Notes: a model not told the origin generated them from the sequence alone. A stretch of DNA of 64,000 bases from Octopus vulgaris (GCA_951406725.2 OX597843.1:14384001-14448000); one strand, 5' to 3'; shown: positions 1 to 14,076, numbered from the stretch's first letter. Translations and numbers: made by a program.

Positions 1-1478
1 CCTTCGATTGAGATGAAATCGTCGCAGATAGAGCTTTGCGGAGTGACCCCGCAGCCGACGCTCTGGAGCAGGAGTGAAGAACAGCTCTTTCGAGAGGTTA
101 CACTTTCCGCTTATGATGTTGTGAGCAAGAATGAGATCACCACTTTAAAAAGTAGGGACTTGTCATTGTGCCATGCTGATTGCACCAGAGAATTACAATA
201 GACATGTCTGGAACATTCAGTCTCTTAGGGTCTTCAAGAAGTAATTAGCTTGATTAGATTAATGAATCCTTGTGGACAGAAAACCACTGCCACCCCAGTA
301 TAATTGTGAGTAATTCTATATTTGGCAGGGGGATGGGGGAGGAGAAATAGAGAAGGGGAGGGAAGAGGGGAAAGGAGAGGGGAGGGGTGTTGAGTAAAAT
401 GGTGGTTGATGGGAAAGCATGTCAACAGAAGTGGAGTCCAGGTGTATGGGTGGGTAGTTTGGCTCTAGGAAGGTGAGGGGGAATCGGCAACAAGAGGTAT
501 TAAACGGGGTGGGAATGGATTAGTTAGTTAGTTAGTTAGTTAGTTAATTTGGCTCAAAAGCAAATAGCAAGGCCATGTAGGGGGACATGGAGTTAAGTAC
601 AGGGTGGTGTTCATGTAAAGAGTTCAGGCCACTTGAGGTCCAGGGAGGCTTTGAACAAAGCGGTCGTCGGCATCTTCACCATCTCGTCTGGCAGCTTGTT
701 CCACGGATCCGCAACCCGGACGGAGAAAGCCCTTCGATTGAGATGAAATCGTCGCAGATAGAGCTTTTCGGAGTGACCCCGCAGCCGACGCTCTGGAGCA
801 GAAGTGAAGAACAGCTCTTTCGAGAGGTTACACTTTCCACTTATGATGTTGTGAGCAAGAATGAGATCTCCACTTTAAAAAGTAGGGACTTGTCATTGTG
901 CCATGCTGATTGCACCAGAGAATTACAATAGACATGTCTGGAACATTCAGTCTCTTAGGGTCTTCAAGAAGTAATTAGCTTGATTAGATTAATGAATCCT
1001 TGTGGACAGAAAACCACTGCCACCCCAGTATAATTGTGAGTAATTCTATATTTGGCAGGGGGATGGGGGAGGAGAAATAGAGAAGGGGAGGGAAGAGGGG
1101 AAAGGAGAGGGGAGAGAGGCGGGGAGGGGTGTTGAGTAAAATGGTGGTTGATGGGAAAGCATGTCAACAGAAGTGGAGTCCAGGTGTATGGGTGGGTAGT
1201 TTGGCTCAAGGAAGGTGAGGGGGAATCGGCAACAAGAGGTATTAAACGGGGTGGGAATGGATTAGTTAGTTAGTTAGTTAGTTAGTTAATTTGGCTCAAA
1301 AGCAAATAGCAAGGCCATGTAGGGGGACATGGAGTTAAGTACAGGGTGGTGTTCATGTAAAGAGTTCAGGCCACTTGAGGTCCAGGGAGGCTTTGAACAA
1401 AGCGGTCGTCGGCATCTTCACCATCTCGTCTGGCAGCTTGTTCCACGGATCCGCAACCCGGACGGAGAAAGCTCCTCT
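1..1478. repeat. Tandem duplication, unit ~730-748 bp (unique flank plus CR1 3' end); may continue left of the window
   Basis: ccttcgattgagatgaaatcgtcg recurs at 1, 731 and 1479; the flank (ctttaaaaagtagggac...gggaatggat) is nearly identical in both units. Confidence 0.95.
520..873 (-). mobile_element. Short CR1 3'-end fragment inside the duplicated unit
   Basis: Same tail and 3' end as 1261-1620, truncated at gagatctccac. Confidence 0.9.
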
Positions 1479-2045
1479 CCTTCGATTGAGATGAAATCGT
1501 CGCAGGTAGAGCTTTTCGGAATGACCCCGCAGCCGACGCTCCGGAGCAGGAGTGAAGAACAGCTCTTTCGAGAGGTTACACTTCCCGCTTATTATGATGT
1601 GGGCGAGAATGAGATCACCATGGCGGCGGCGTTTTTCAAGAGAACAAAGGTCGAGCGTCCTCAGCCTTTCTTCGTAGGACAAATTTTTGAGACCATGAAC
1701 CATGCGGGTAGCCAGCCTCTGGACTCTTTCGAGGTGCTGTATGTCTTTGAGGAGATAAGGAGAAGAGGCTTGAATCCCATACTCCAATATGGGTCTCACC
1801 AGCGTGACATAGAGTGGCAGGAATATGGCTGCTGTGAGCATTCCGAATGACCGTCGAATCAAAAACAGAATTCCGCGCGCTTTGTTGGCAGCATGGACGC
1901 ACTGGGCCGAAGGCGAAAAGGAGGAATCCACCAAGATACCCAGGTCCTTTACCTGATCGGTCCTCTCCAGCAGCAGACGACCCGGCTCGAAATCAAGTTG
2001 AGTTGCAGGAGTAGAGCCGACAGGCAGATGACAGCACTTTGACAG
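1261..2045 (-). mobile_element. 5'-truncated CR1-clade LINE: ORF2 C-terminus, 3' UTR and (TAAC)n tail
   Basis: ORF 1353..2108(-) contains KDLGILVD...LYVTLVRPILEY...LERVQRLATRMVHGLKNLSYEERL...RRRHGDLI...RGHS, typical of the CR1 post-RT region; gttagttag tail at ~1262-1287. Confidence 0.92.
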
Positions 2046-2450
2046 GGCGAGGGTGGACAAGGTGACGATGTGGTTGGTATCAGTGAATGAGAGAGAGAGG
2101 GCTAGCAATCTGGGTCTGTGTTTTTACAACCCCCCACCCCCGCGACTACTGGGGCGGAAAATGAACGACAGAATACGTAAATACGTACCCAGATTTTAAA
2201 AAAAACAAGAAAAAAGCATTCGTGGGACTAAAATTTTTCAAGGCGGTGCTCCAGCATGGGCGCAATCTAATGACAAACAAGTAAAAAACAAAAGATACAC
2301 AGAAGCACACACACGTATAAATATACATCTTTATAGGTGTGTGTGTGTATAATATTAGTAAAGAGTATGGAGAGCTAATACGGTATACGTCCAGTTGATA
2401 CATCCCTCCAAACACACACACAATATATATGTATATATATATATATATAT

Positions 2451-2625
2451 AGCGTAGGAGTGGCTGTGTGGTAAGTAGCTTGCTTACCAACCACATGGTT
2501 CCGGGTTCAGTCCCACTGTGTGGCATCTTGGGCAAGTGTCTTCTGCTATAGCCTCGGGCTGACCAAAGCCTTGTGAGTGGACTTGGTAGACAGAAACTGA
2601 AAGAAGCCCGTCGTATATATGTATA

Positions 2626-2686
<61 letters not shown>

Positions 2687-2888
2687 GTGTGTGTGTGTGT
2701 GCATGTGTGTTTGTGTGTCTGTTTGTCCCCCTAGCATTGCTTGACAACCGATGCTGGTGTGTTTACGTCCCTGTCACTTAGCGGATCGGCAAGAGAGAAC
2801 CGATAGAATAAGTACTAGGCTTACAAAGAATAAGTCCTGCGGTGCTCCAGCATGGCCACAGTCACATGACTGAAACAAGTAAAAGAGT
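2451..2888 (+). mobile_element. tRNA-derived SINE family A (CORE-like; octopus OR-type), full length
   Basis: A-box-like tggctgtgtggt, B-box-like ggttcagtccc, CORE-like cttgggcaagtg, internal (TA)n/(TG)n, tail atgactgaaacaagtaaaagag; about 20 copies or fragments in the window. Confidence 0.9.
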
Positions 2889-3413
2889 ATATATAGTCGT
2901 AGAGGAAGGTCGTCATTATTTTCTGATTCAGCGTTTTCCTGTTGTTGCATCCATCCATTTACACGCACTGCCAATGAGTCATAGAAACAGCTATTTTTAA
3001 AGAGCCCAGGTGAGGAGGCAGGTGAGAGTTTCTGTTCTATTCATGAGGCGGTTCGACGAACTTGTGTGTGTGTGTGTGTCTGTGTGTTGACAAACGTGAG
3101 AAAAGAACTACACATCCATCCATATACATACATACATTTATTTACATACACGTACTTATATATAGGTATACACAGACAGACAAAGAGGCACAGAGTCGTT
3201 GACCAGGTAACACACATCCGAAAACGTCCTCATTACATGAAAAGACACCTCGCTCTCTCTCCTCTGCCCCCCCCACTCATTACATAATAATGTCGCACGA
3301 GCCTACCGCGGGAAGGGATTAGTAGGTAGATCGGCTTGCTAGAAATAATAGTCAAATCTCCAAATTATGCCATTGTCAATTAAGATATATATTATCTAGA
3401 GAGAGTTGTTCTG

Positions 3414-3828
3414 GGATCTTTTCGGTTTGAACGGCAGTTTTCTCTAGCAGTGTCATATGAAATTGTCACCCATAATTATGACCCTAGTATCGATCTATTG
3501 CATTTCAATCTATTTTAGGGTTAGGGGTGGGGGGGAAGGGTATCTTTTTTTTCTTCACAAATGTAAATAAACCCAATCTGTTTCTTAAGCGAGGGACATA
3601 TTCATACGGCACAGAATGTTTTCACCTCAATAGACGTCATTGATTGGTTGAAATTTCAGAAATTGAAGAAAAAAACCCCACAAATATCTTACAAACTATA
3701 GAATTTTCTCAATAAAGCCAAGAAAAAAATGATGTTTTATAAACACATTCTACCAGTATACGAAGTTTAAAAGTGTTTAGTTACGTGGAAATTATTTTAA
3801 AAAACTGCCGGTCAAACCGAAAAGATCC
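3414..3828 (+). mobile_element. MITE (~415 bp) with GG termini and 8-bp TSD (Merlin-like by termini)
   Basis: TIRs ggatcttttcggtttgaacggcagtttt / aaaactgccggtcaaaccgaaaagatcc; flanks ttgttctg / ttgttcta; internal ttagggttaggg. Confidence 0.88.
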
Positions 3829-4009
3829 TTGTTCTATTTTAATGCTTCATTAACACACACACAGGTTTGATTTTCACTCATTTTTTTTCTAGTCTTTTCG
3901 TTGCTTCTTGCAACCTCTTCAATAGCCGTTCACTGTCCGTTATCAGAGCTACTTTTTGTTTGCTTCAACACACGAATCCACATAAAGAACCTTGCAAAAT
4001 AAATACGAA

Positions 4010-4211
4010 ATACATACATATATACATATGTACGTACGCACACACATACATACATACATACATACAAACACACACACACAAACACACTCACTCACACACA
4101 CACACACAAACACACACTCACTCACTTATTCACTCACTCACACACACACACAAACACACACACACTCACTCACACACAAACACACATACACAAAAACACA
4201 CACACTCACTC

Positions 4212-4243
<32 letters not shown>

Positions 4244-5140
4244 GAGCACGTGTCCCTGACACGGTGAGAGAGTTAGTTTTATCCTCCCATCCTAATTTCT
4301 TTCATTTCGTTGTCGCAATATCGATTACCAGATCGATACAGGGTGTTCACAGCTCGGTTATATAACACCCACACTGTATAGACACCGTGTAGAAGATATG
4401 GGTGGATGAATTTTCTAAATTTCGGTGTGCTGTTTGTTAAACCCCAGGTTTACTCTAATCAAGTAGACAGGATGATCAGAGACGTTCCTACAGTGACCAT
4501 CCAGTCTGTTGGTGCAGCTGATTGCACAGTCATTAAGGAGATTTGACTATTTTGTAGTAAATCAGGCGTCAACCCTTTAATCTGTGTGTGTGAGTGAGTG
4601 TGAGTGAGTGAGTGAGTGAGTGTGAGTGAATGTGTGAGTGAGTGAGTGAGTGAGTGAGTGAGTGTGTGAGTGTGTGTTTGTGTGAGTGTGTGTTTGTGTG
4701 AGTGTGTGTTTGTGTGTGAGTGAGTGTGTGTTTGTGTGAGTGAGTGTGAGTGAGTGTGTGAGTGAGTTGGTGAGTGAGTGTGTGTGTGTGTGTGTGTGTG
4801 TGAGTGAGTGTGTGTGAGTGAGTATGAGTGAGTGTGTATGAGTGTGTGTGTGTGTGTGTGCAGAAAGTGCATATGTTACCATGTAGGTGTTTGGTAAGCA
4901 TATGCACACACACACATGTGTGTGTGTGTGTGCATATGTTACCATGTAGGTGTTTGGTAAGCATATGAGCACACACACGTGTGTGTGTGTGTGCCTATGA
5001 GCAGACGTGTGTGCGTGCGCGTATACGAACACACTTTTGTGTGTGTGCATTCGATCACGCTTGTGTGTGTGTGTATGCATGTGCACATTTGTGTGCGTGT
5101 GTATGTGAGCACGAGTACATATTTGTGCGTGTGTATACAC
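4010..5140. repeat. Compound (CA)n/(CACT)n and (TG)n/(TGAG)n microsatellites
   Basis: Direct inspection; source of the His/Thr-rich pseudo-ORFs. Confidence 0.95.
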
Positions 5141-5146
5141 ATCAGG

Positions 5147-5330
5147 GATCTTTTCCGTTTCAACAGCAGTTTTTTCTAGCAGTGTCATATGAAATTGTCA
5201 CCCATAATTATGACCCTAGTATCGATCTATTGCATTTCAATCTGTTTTAGGGTTAGGGGTAGGGGGAAGGGTATCTTTTTTTCTTCAGAAATGTAAATAA
5301 ATCCAATCTGTTTCTTAAATGAGGGACATA
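5147..5330 (+). mobile_element. Left half of the GG-MITE family
   Basis: Matches 3414-3600 (ggatcttttccgtttcaacagcag...gagggacata). Confidence 0.88.
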
Positions 5331-5591
5331 TACCATGTCCAAATATAAACACGACAGGATGGCAATGGCTTGAACGGTTTTTACCATCGTCCTGCTCGAA
5401 TCACGTTGACCTGTTGCTCAACAACAAATATATTCAACAAATCCGTTATCTCACCTCACAGAAGACTCTGTGATGCGAAATCAACTCATTTAGTATGATG
5501 ACACTCAACACTGACAATCAACATGTTAATTCATCAACCATATTTATCATGTTTATATCTGAAACCTCTTTTAAAGGAAACAATATCCAAA

Positions 5592-5920
5592 GAATGGTCA
5601 TTTTGCCAGTTTAGCCAACAAAAACACACACACTATATATTTGGTGTCATTTTGCTTCAGCGTTCTTTATATTTTACATTAATCTTAATCTTATTTCGGC
5701 CAGAGATCTTTCGTCACACTCCTGTGGCCTCATCAGTGGTCCTTTGCTTTCTTCTTTCTTATTTGTGTGACGAAAGAACTCTGGCTGAAATAAGATTAAG
5801 ATTAATGTAAAAAATAAATATCACTGAAGCAAAGTAACACCAAATATATAGTGCGTGTGTTTTTATTGGCTAAACTGGCAAAATGACCATTCCGAAATAT
5901 AACAATATCTGTTTCAACAC
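5592..5920. mobile_element. Penelope-like/retrozyme-type fold-back element, family H1
   Basis: Arm 5592-5719 is inverted at 5765-5892; carries an HHR; homologous to 42858-43100 and 52219-52621. Confidence 0.75.
5698..5742 (-). ncRNA. Type I hammerhead ribozyme motif (H1)
   Basis: Minus strand GGACCA CUGAUGA G GCCACA GGAG UGUGAC GAAA GAUC UC UGGCC; palindromic AGAUCU stem III; one mismatch each in stems I and II. Confidence 0.78.
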
Positions 5921-6045
5921 ACGATTTCACATCAAGAATCTTGCAAAACAAATATATAAACGTAATCTCAAAGAAAATCAATGGAAAAGAAGGTGCACAC
6001 TGAGACAAAAAAAAAAGGAGTGAATTAGGACATCGCATGAGAGGG

Positions 6046-6352
6046 GGGGGGACCTCGGCTTACGAACGCCTCTTATCATGAACAAATCGGTTTACAAATT
6101 TTCAAACAAAATCTCTCGGGTTGACGAACGGTGTTTCGAGTGGCAAACACGCAAGCTGGCAACAACGGTTGGCAACAAGCTGAGAATATCAGCAGGAGAG
6201 CAACAGTTGCTGTCTGACACATCCCTGATCTGATCGAATTCGCTGTGCCTTCTCTGGAAGTTCTTATGGGGAAAACAGTTGCGGTTTACAAACATTTTGG
6301 GCGATGAATGGCCTCCATGAACGAAACAAATTCGTAACCCGAGGTCCCACTG
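6046..6352. mobile_element. Tc1/mariner-pogo (Tigger-like) MITE, degraded
   Basis: gggacctcggcttacgaa ... ttcgtaacccgaggtcccactg inverted termini, right end CACTG. Confidence 0.6.
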
Positions 6353-6863
6353 CAGACATATATAGTCGCAGGCGTGGCTGGGTGGTAAGAGGTTTGCTTT
6401 CCAAGCATGGGGCTTCATATTCAGTCCCACAGTACAGCACCTTGGGCAAGTTCATGTTAGATCCCCGGGCCAACAAATGCCTACTGAGAGAAACTGAAGG
6501 AAACCCATTGTGTCTGTGTGTGTTACCGTCTCCTTTCCTTGACATTGTATAAACTAATGTCTCTGTAGGATAAGCAGAGTCCTTTGTTTACAATCTTCCC
6601 CCAAAACATATTTAGTTGCAAGAGTTGGCTACAAGAAGGACACCCAGCCGTCGACAATCCAATTCAATGAAAATTATGTCCGACCTCTGCAGACATGGAA
6701 ATAACCATTATTAAGGCGGTGAGCTGGTCAAATCGGCTTCATCACATCGGACGAGAGTTTCTTGCGACTCGTTACGTTCGAAGTTCAAATTGAGAAAAGG
6801 TCAGCTATACTTTTCGTCTCTCCGGGTTCGAAAAGATAAGTAGAAACATCCATTATTATAATA

Positions 6864-7227
6864 CTAGCACTATGACCCAGCAACGCCGGGTCACAGTGCT
6901 AGTGCATGCATATACAGCTGCGTGTGTACACACATACATGCGAGTACTGTCCAAATCTCCGACCAATCACATACAGCTAGCTGGCATTCAATTGGCCTAT
7001 CAAGTTTCAGGCATTTTGATTGGGTTTTGGATAGAAAATTCACAAAAAAGTCACTTCTATTGATTTTTTAATGGCTTTGCAGGGTGACTGGGGAAATGTA
7101 AAGATGTGCACGGCCACCCTTGGACGGTTTTGAATGACCATAGAAAGTGCGAGCCCTCTAACTGAAAAATTGTGGATTTGTATAAAGGACACGCACGCAG
7201 ACATTTTGCCGTTTATATATAGAGAGA
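6864..7227 (-). mobile_element. Non-autonomous Helitron-like element
   Basis: On minus: A|TCTCTCTATATATAAA start, 3' hairpin and CTAG|T end; homologous to 57665-58033. Confidence 0.8.
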
Positions 7228-7605
7228 TAAAGAAAGATTAATTTTGAAGGCGGATCCACTGAAGTAAATGAAGTCGATGGGAAGCAACTCAATTTATTAA
7301 CAGGTCCGCAAATCAACTGAGAGAATTTAGAGTTAGTTCCCTTGTAATGTGACATTTTATACTGACTCTAAACATAAGACTAACGGTTGAACCAGAACTA
7401 CATATGCCATGCATGAGTGCTGTTCTGGTTTTTAACCTTATTGTTTTCAGTCAAGATAGCGTGGCCATGCTGGGGCATCACTCCAAAGGTTCTTAGTAGA
7501 TCGTATCGATCCCTCCTCTCAGTTTAGAATATTTTACAAACCCCTATTTGTCCCACGGCTGACTTACAGGGCAATAAACGATTTCAGACAAATCTAAACA
7601 CAGAC

Positions 7606-7638
<33 letters not shown>

Positions 7639-8093
7639 AGGCGTGGCTGTGTGGTAAGAAGCTTGCTTCCCAACCACATGGTTCCGGGTTCAGTCTCACT
7701 GTGGGCACTGTCTTCTACTATAGCACAGGATCGACCAAAGCCTTGAGAGGATGTGGTAGAACAGAGACTCAAATAAGTTCGTCGCGCGCACGTGTCATAG
7801 CCATGAGACGGTGTTGGTTAGTTTACGTCCATGTAATCTAGCGGTTCGGCAAAAAGTAGGAATTATAGAAAAGTCTTTTACTCCTTTTACTTGCTTCAGT
7901 CATTTGACTGTGGCCATGCTGGAGCACCGCCTTTAGTCGAACAAATCGACCCCAAGACTTATTCTTTGTAAGCCTAGTACTTATTCTATCGGTTGTTTTT
8001 GCCGAACCGCTAGAATAACGGGGACGTAAACACACACCAACATCGGTTGTCAAGCGATGGCGGGTGTGTGTGGCAAACTCAAACACACGTATG

Positions 8094-8136
<43 letters not shown>

Positions 8137-8138
<2 letters not shown>

Positions 8139-8483
8139 CAATTATTCGGTAGCCATGATTAGACTGAGTTTCGGATGTCGGGGTGAAAATCCACACATCC
8201 ACACGCGCGCACAATGTGTGCGGGTATGTGCGTATATAGATGTGTGTGTGTGCGTGCATACGAGTATGTGCGTAATTAGACATGTTTTACTTGTTTTTTT
8301 TAACACATTTTTACACATTTTCCTGTATTTTGCCTTTAGCCCTGTTTTTTCTTGTGCATGTGCTTATATAGATGGGTGTATGAACCTTTTTGGTGCGCGC
8401 GTATGTGTAGGGGGATTGTGTGTGTATATATATAGTGTGTTTTTGCGTTCTTGTCCCACTTTGTAATTTATATTTTATATTTA

Positions 8484-8514
<31 letters not shown>

Positions 8515-8929
8515 TGGCGAATGGTGTAGGTGAGAATGTGTGTTTCAAGTGAGGGTGGATGAGTGTATACTTATAGGGTGTGTGGGTGTGCATGTGTAGG
8601 TATGGACATGAGAGCTTACGCGAATACTATGAACATTTTTACCCCCTTTCTTTTACTCTTTCTCCTTACTTAGCGGTCATTCAAATAGCTCTTTTGTCTT
8701 AATAATGGTCAATCACACAGTAATTTCCCTTTGTTTAACGGTCATTTTCATAGCATTTTTCCTGTGGCCGGATAACTGAAGAGATGGCGGCATGGACTTC
8801 CACCTTGACATCTGAAACTCAGAGTTTTATCATGGCGACCGAAGAATTGTCTCATATTACATTTACAGATAAATTCCTCTATTTACATAATATCGAGGTC
8901 TCTTTCATTGTCTTACCATTTCTATCAAT

Positions 8930-8935
<6 letters not shown>
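8137..8935 (+). mobile_element. Penelope-like element remnant with inverted partial terminus, flanked by (TA)n
   Basis: 8137-8192 is an inverted copy of ~8790-8852; HHR at 8771-8831. Confidence 0.6.
8771..8831 (+). ncRNA. Type I hammerhead ribozyme motif (H3)
   Basis: GAUAA CUGAAGA GAUG...CAUC U GAAA CUC A GAG UU UUAUC; 5-bp stem I, GUU site, one extra nt before GAAA. Confidence 0.68.
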
Positions 8936-8960
<25 letters not shown>

Positions 8961-9239
8961 TACACACACACACACACATAGACGACGGAATCCTTTTCAG
9001 TTTCCGTTTACCAAATCTACTCAGAAGGCTTTGGTAGGCCTGAGGCTATAGAAGATACTTGCCCAAGGTGCCACGCAGTGGGACTGAACCTAGAACCATG
9101 TGGTTGGGAAGCAATCTTCTTAACACACAACCATGCCTGTGTCTAGAAAATAAAACTAACAGAGGAGTCGATCTGTGCGACCCTTCGTGGAATCATTCCA
9201 GCATGGCCGCAGTCAAATGACTAAAAGCCGCCAAAAACG

Positions 9240-9912
9240 GTGTATGAGCGTCCAGCATTTGGCGAGCGACCTGCACAAATGATTTGGTTTTGTAAGAGAT
9301 CAAATCGGTGTTGCCTGAACAGGTGCGCGGTGTAGCACGCGTCAGGTGTGGAAGTGATCGCAGAGTAACATGAAATGATGTGTTTTGCCCGAGAAGACAA
9401 CGCAGCACTCGGTCTAGGAATCGAAACTGCGATCGTGAGTGCAACAGCCTAACCACTGAGCAGATGACTGCCTCCGGTGCATTCTTCGCTGCCGTCGGGT
9501 GGATCGAGTTCCCACCGCCAATCTCCTGTCTCTGCGGCCCCTTCCATCTGTCCTTCTACAATGGCACTTGCGGTGGTTTGGCCATGCATGTAGGCGTCCG
9601 GTGGGTGAACTGAGCCGTGATGTCCTTCTCCCGACTCCACTTCCCAACTGGCGGAGACGTGCGGGTGGGCAGCTGAAGACCTGGGTTACGACGATCAAGG
9701 AGGACCTCACCGTGTTCACGGGTCCGAAGGTTGTCGGCCTGTGCCGATGGAACCATGACTGGCTCGCTATCTCCAGTGAACTGGCGCAGGACCGTCGTGC
9801 GTGGGCTGCCATGGTTCGAGATGCCTTGAGGGTGGTAGAAGAAGCCGACTCAACCCGCCCAGGGTGAATGTCGCCTCAAGTAAAAGTATGTACCACTGAG
9901 CCATGCGTCCTC
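9240..9912 (-). mobile_element. tRNA-derived SINE interrupted by an RTE fragment
   Basis: Minus strand gaggacgcatggctcagtggt|taggctg...gtttcgattcc head; related copy near 43365-43600. Confidence 0.7.
9462..9891 (+). mobile_element. 5'-truncated RTE-clade LINE 3' end with 10-bp TSD
   Basis: ORF 9499..9867: LRWFGHACRR...RRRAGGQLKTW...AQDRRAW; caagtaaaagta tail; accactgagc at 9452-9461 and 9892-9901. Confidence 0.88.
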
Positions 9913-10420
9913 ACACACACAAACTTACACCAAAGATCGAAGTTATCTCCCCTGCATAATTCAGCCTCGAATTTCGTTTCAATGTTATTTCGTTTCCGCT
10001 TGGAAATGGAAACGTCGTAACCATGACCTCTTCACAGGGCCCCAGGAATTGGTGAAGGGATGTGGGAAGAACAGAATAGCTTTATATTTTCAAACCCGCA
10101 AAACTGAATCGATGAAATACTCGCACTTTGAAGCTATCAAGCACTGGACGGTGTTAAAGCTGGGCGACGCATTAATAGGTAGGCGTGTGTGTGTGTTCAT
10201 GTTTGTCACCCCATCATCATTTGACAACCGGTGTTGGTGTGTTTATGTTCTCATAATTTAGCAGTTTGACAAACGAGTCCAATAGAATAAGTACAAGGCT
10301 TAAAAATAAGTGCTGGGAGTCGAATTGCTTGACCAAAACACAGGGTGGTGCTCCAGCATGGCCACAGTCAAATCACTGAAACTCGAATAAAAGAATAAAC
10401 ACATACATATATTATATATA

Positions 10421-10587
10421 GGCGCAGGAGTGGCTGTGTGGTAAGTAGCTTGCTAACCAACCACATGGTTCTGGGTTCAGTCCCACTGCGTGGCACCTTG
10501 GGCAAGTGTCTTCTGCTATAGCCTCGGGCCGACCAAAGACTTGTGAGTGGATTTGGTAGATGGAAACTGAAAGAAGCCCGTCGTATA

Positions 10588-10625
<38 letters not shown>

Positions 10626-10841
10626 TGTTTGTGTGTCTGTGTTTGTCCCCCTAGCATTGCTTGACGACCGGTGGTGGTGTGTTTATGTCCCCGTCACTGA
10701 GCAGTTCGGCAAAAGAGACCGATAGAATAAGTACTGGGCTTACAAAAAAAGAATAAGTCCCGGGGTCGATTTGCTCGATTAAAGGCGGTGCTCCAGCACG
10801 GCCGCAGTCAAATGACTGAAACAAGTAAAAGAGTAAAAGAG
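10421..10841 (+). mobile_element. SINE family A, full length
   Basis: ggcgcaggagtggctgtgtggtaag ... caagtaaaagagtaaaagag. Confidence 0.92.
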
Positions 10842-10881
10842 AGAAAGAGAAATACATGTATATATATGTACGCACACATAC

Positions 10882-11078
10882 CTCCAAGCTACGAAGTAGT
10901 CCCAAGCTGTTGTCTGCATCTTCCGTCCCATTCACAACGTAGTCCTCATCTTCTACAATGAACTGCGTCACTGCTGGACATCTCACACGCACAAAGGATG
11001 GACACAGCCTCTCACTGACATTATATTCACCATCAGTAGAGGAATGTACGTGTGTGTATGTGTATAAGCAGGTACTCC
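10882..11078 (-). other. Candidate exon of a minus-strand host gene (5' boundary and frame uncertain)
   Basis: Non-repetitive, balanced-GC island ending in GAG|GTATGT donor; open frame ...[26 protein letters not shown], or MGRKMQTTAWDYFVAW in another frame. Confidence 0.3.
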
Positions 11079-11122
11079 TACATATACAAGAATGTGAGTG
11101 TATGTGTGTATATGTAAATCAA

Positions 11123-12570
<1,448 letters not shown>

Positions 12571-12572
12571 TA

Positions 12573-12714
12573 TTTATCAATATTTAGCGGAAGCAACAGA
12601 GTGACTCAAGGTGCAAGAGGTTTGTGCAGAGGCACTTACCAAACTTTGGTGAGTGCCAACGCACGAAGCTCTTGGAACTTGAATCACCCTGTGGCGTCTG
12701 ATAAATATTAATAA
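12573..12714. repeat. Degenerate ~140-bp palindrome with HHR-like vestige
   Basis: tttatcaatattta...ggcacttaccaaa / tttggtgagtgcc...taaatattaataaa. Confidence 0.75.
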
Positions 12715-12790
12715 AAATATACACATACTCATATTTCAAGTCCTATTTTTCCTGTTTGTTCCAACATCATATATATGTATATACATACAT

Positions 12791-12846
<56 letters not shown>

Positions 12847-13005
12847 GATGAAATATATTGATGGCCACTCCACAATTATTTTTTTCCAATGTCATGTTTC
12901 TTTATCAGCAAGGACACTAAATATTACACACACACATTTTATTTTACAGTGTGTGTGTGTGTGTGTATGCATGTATATATATATATATATACATGTATAT
13001 ATATA

Positions 13006-13420
13006 GGCGCAGTAGTGGCTGTGTGGTAAGTAGCTTGCTTACCAACTACATGGTTCCGGGTTCAGTCCCACTGCATGGCACCTTGGGCAAGTGTCTTCTA
13101 CTACCACCTTGGGCCGACCAAAGCCTTGTGAGTGGATTTGGCAGACGGAAATTGAAAAAAGCCTGTCGTATATATGTATATATATGTATGTATGTGTGTA
13201 TGTTTGTGTGTCTTTGTTTCTCCCCCTAGCATTGCTTGACAACCGATGCTGGTGTGTTTATGAGAGACCGATAGAATAAGTACAGGGCTTACAAAGAATA
13301 AGTCCCGGGATCGAGTTGCTTGATTAAAGGCGGTGCTCCAGCATGGCTGCAGTCAAATGACTGAAACAACTAAAAGTAAATGAGTAAGAGTAAATGAGTA
13401 AGAGTAAATGAGTAAGAGTA
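13006..13420 (+). mobile_element. SINE family A with internal deletion and expanded tail
   Basis: Family head and body; tail (gtaaatgagtaaga) x3. Confidence 0.9.
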
Positions 13421-14076
13421 TATATATATATATATATATCTAAAATCAAAATGAGGGTGAAAAATTGGTTATTAATTTTATAACATCAATTTAACACCAG
13501 TGGTCTAGCATATAAAAAACTGAGATTCAGTAAATTCGGGTCTCTTTCTAGCGTAAGGGTTTCCACACAGTGTTTCCCCTCTTATATTTATGTATGTATG
13601 TGTGTATATATATATATATATATTTATGACATACACACACAACTCTCACTGTCTCTCTACACATACATATATACACACGCAATATATCTCTCACCGGCCA
13701 TCCCTATACATGCATGCATATACACCCGCCCACCCCACAAACCCATATGTATATAAATATATGCACATAAAAACATTCTAGAGATGTAATACCTAAGATA
13801 ACGAGGCATGCAACCCCCCACCCCACCCCGTGTCTCGACAACAAACTATGTGGAGGAATTCCATGCAGATAAGACCAGTGACTCATCACCATTATGAAAA
13901 TAGTGGTGGTCATGATTGGAGTGTTGATAAGGGCAAACACATCATCGCACCAATGGGAAGTTAAACAAAACAACAACAACAACAATACTTTCTGCTATAA
14001 GCACAAGGCCTGAAATTTTGGGGGAGGGGGACTATCGATTACATTGACCCCAGTGTTCTACTGGTACTGATTTATC

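Noticed and set aside
3514-3527. Telomere or interstitial telomeric site (ttagggttaggg)
   Set aside because: Only two units and a fixed internal part of the GG-MITE copies.
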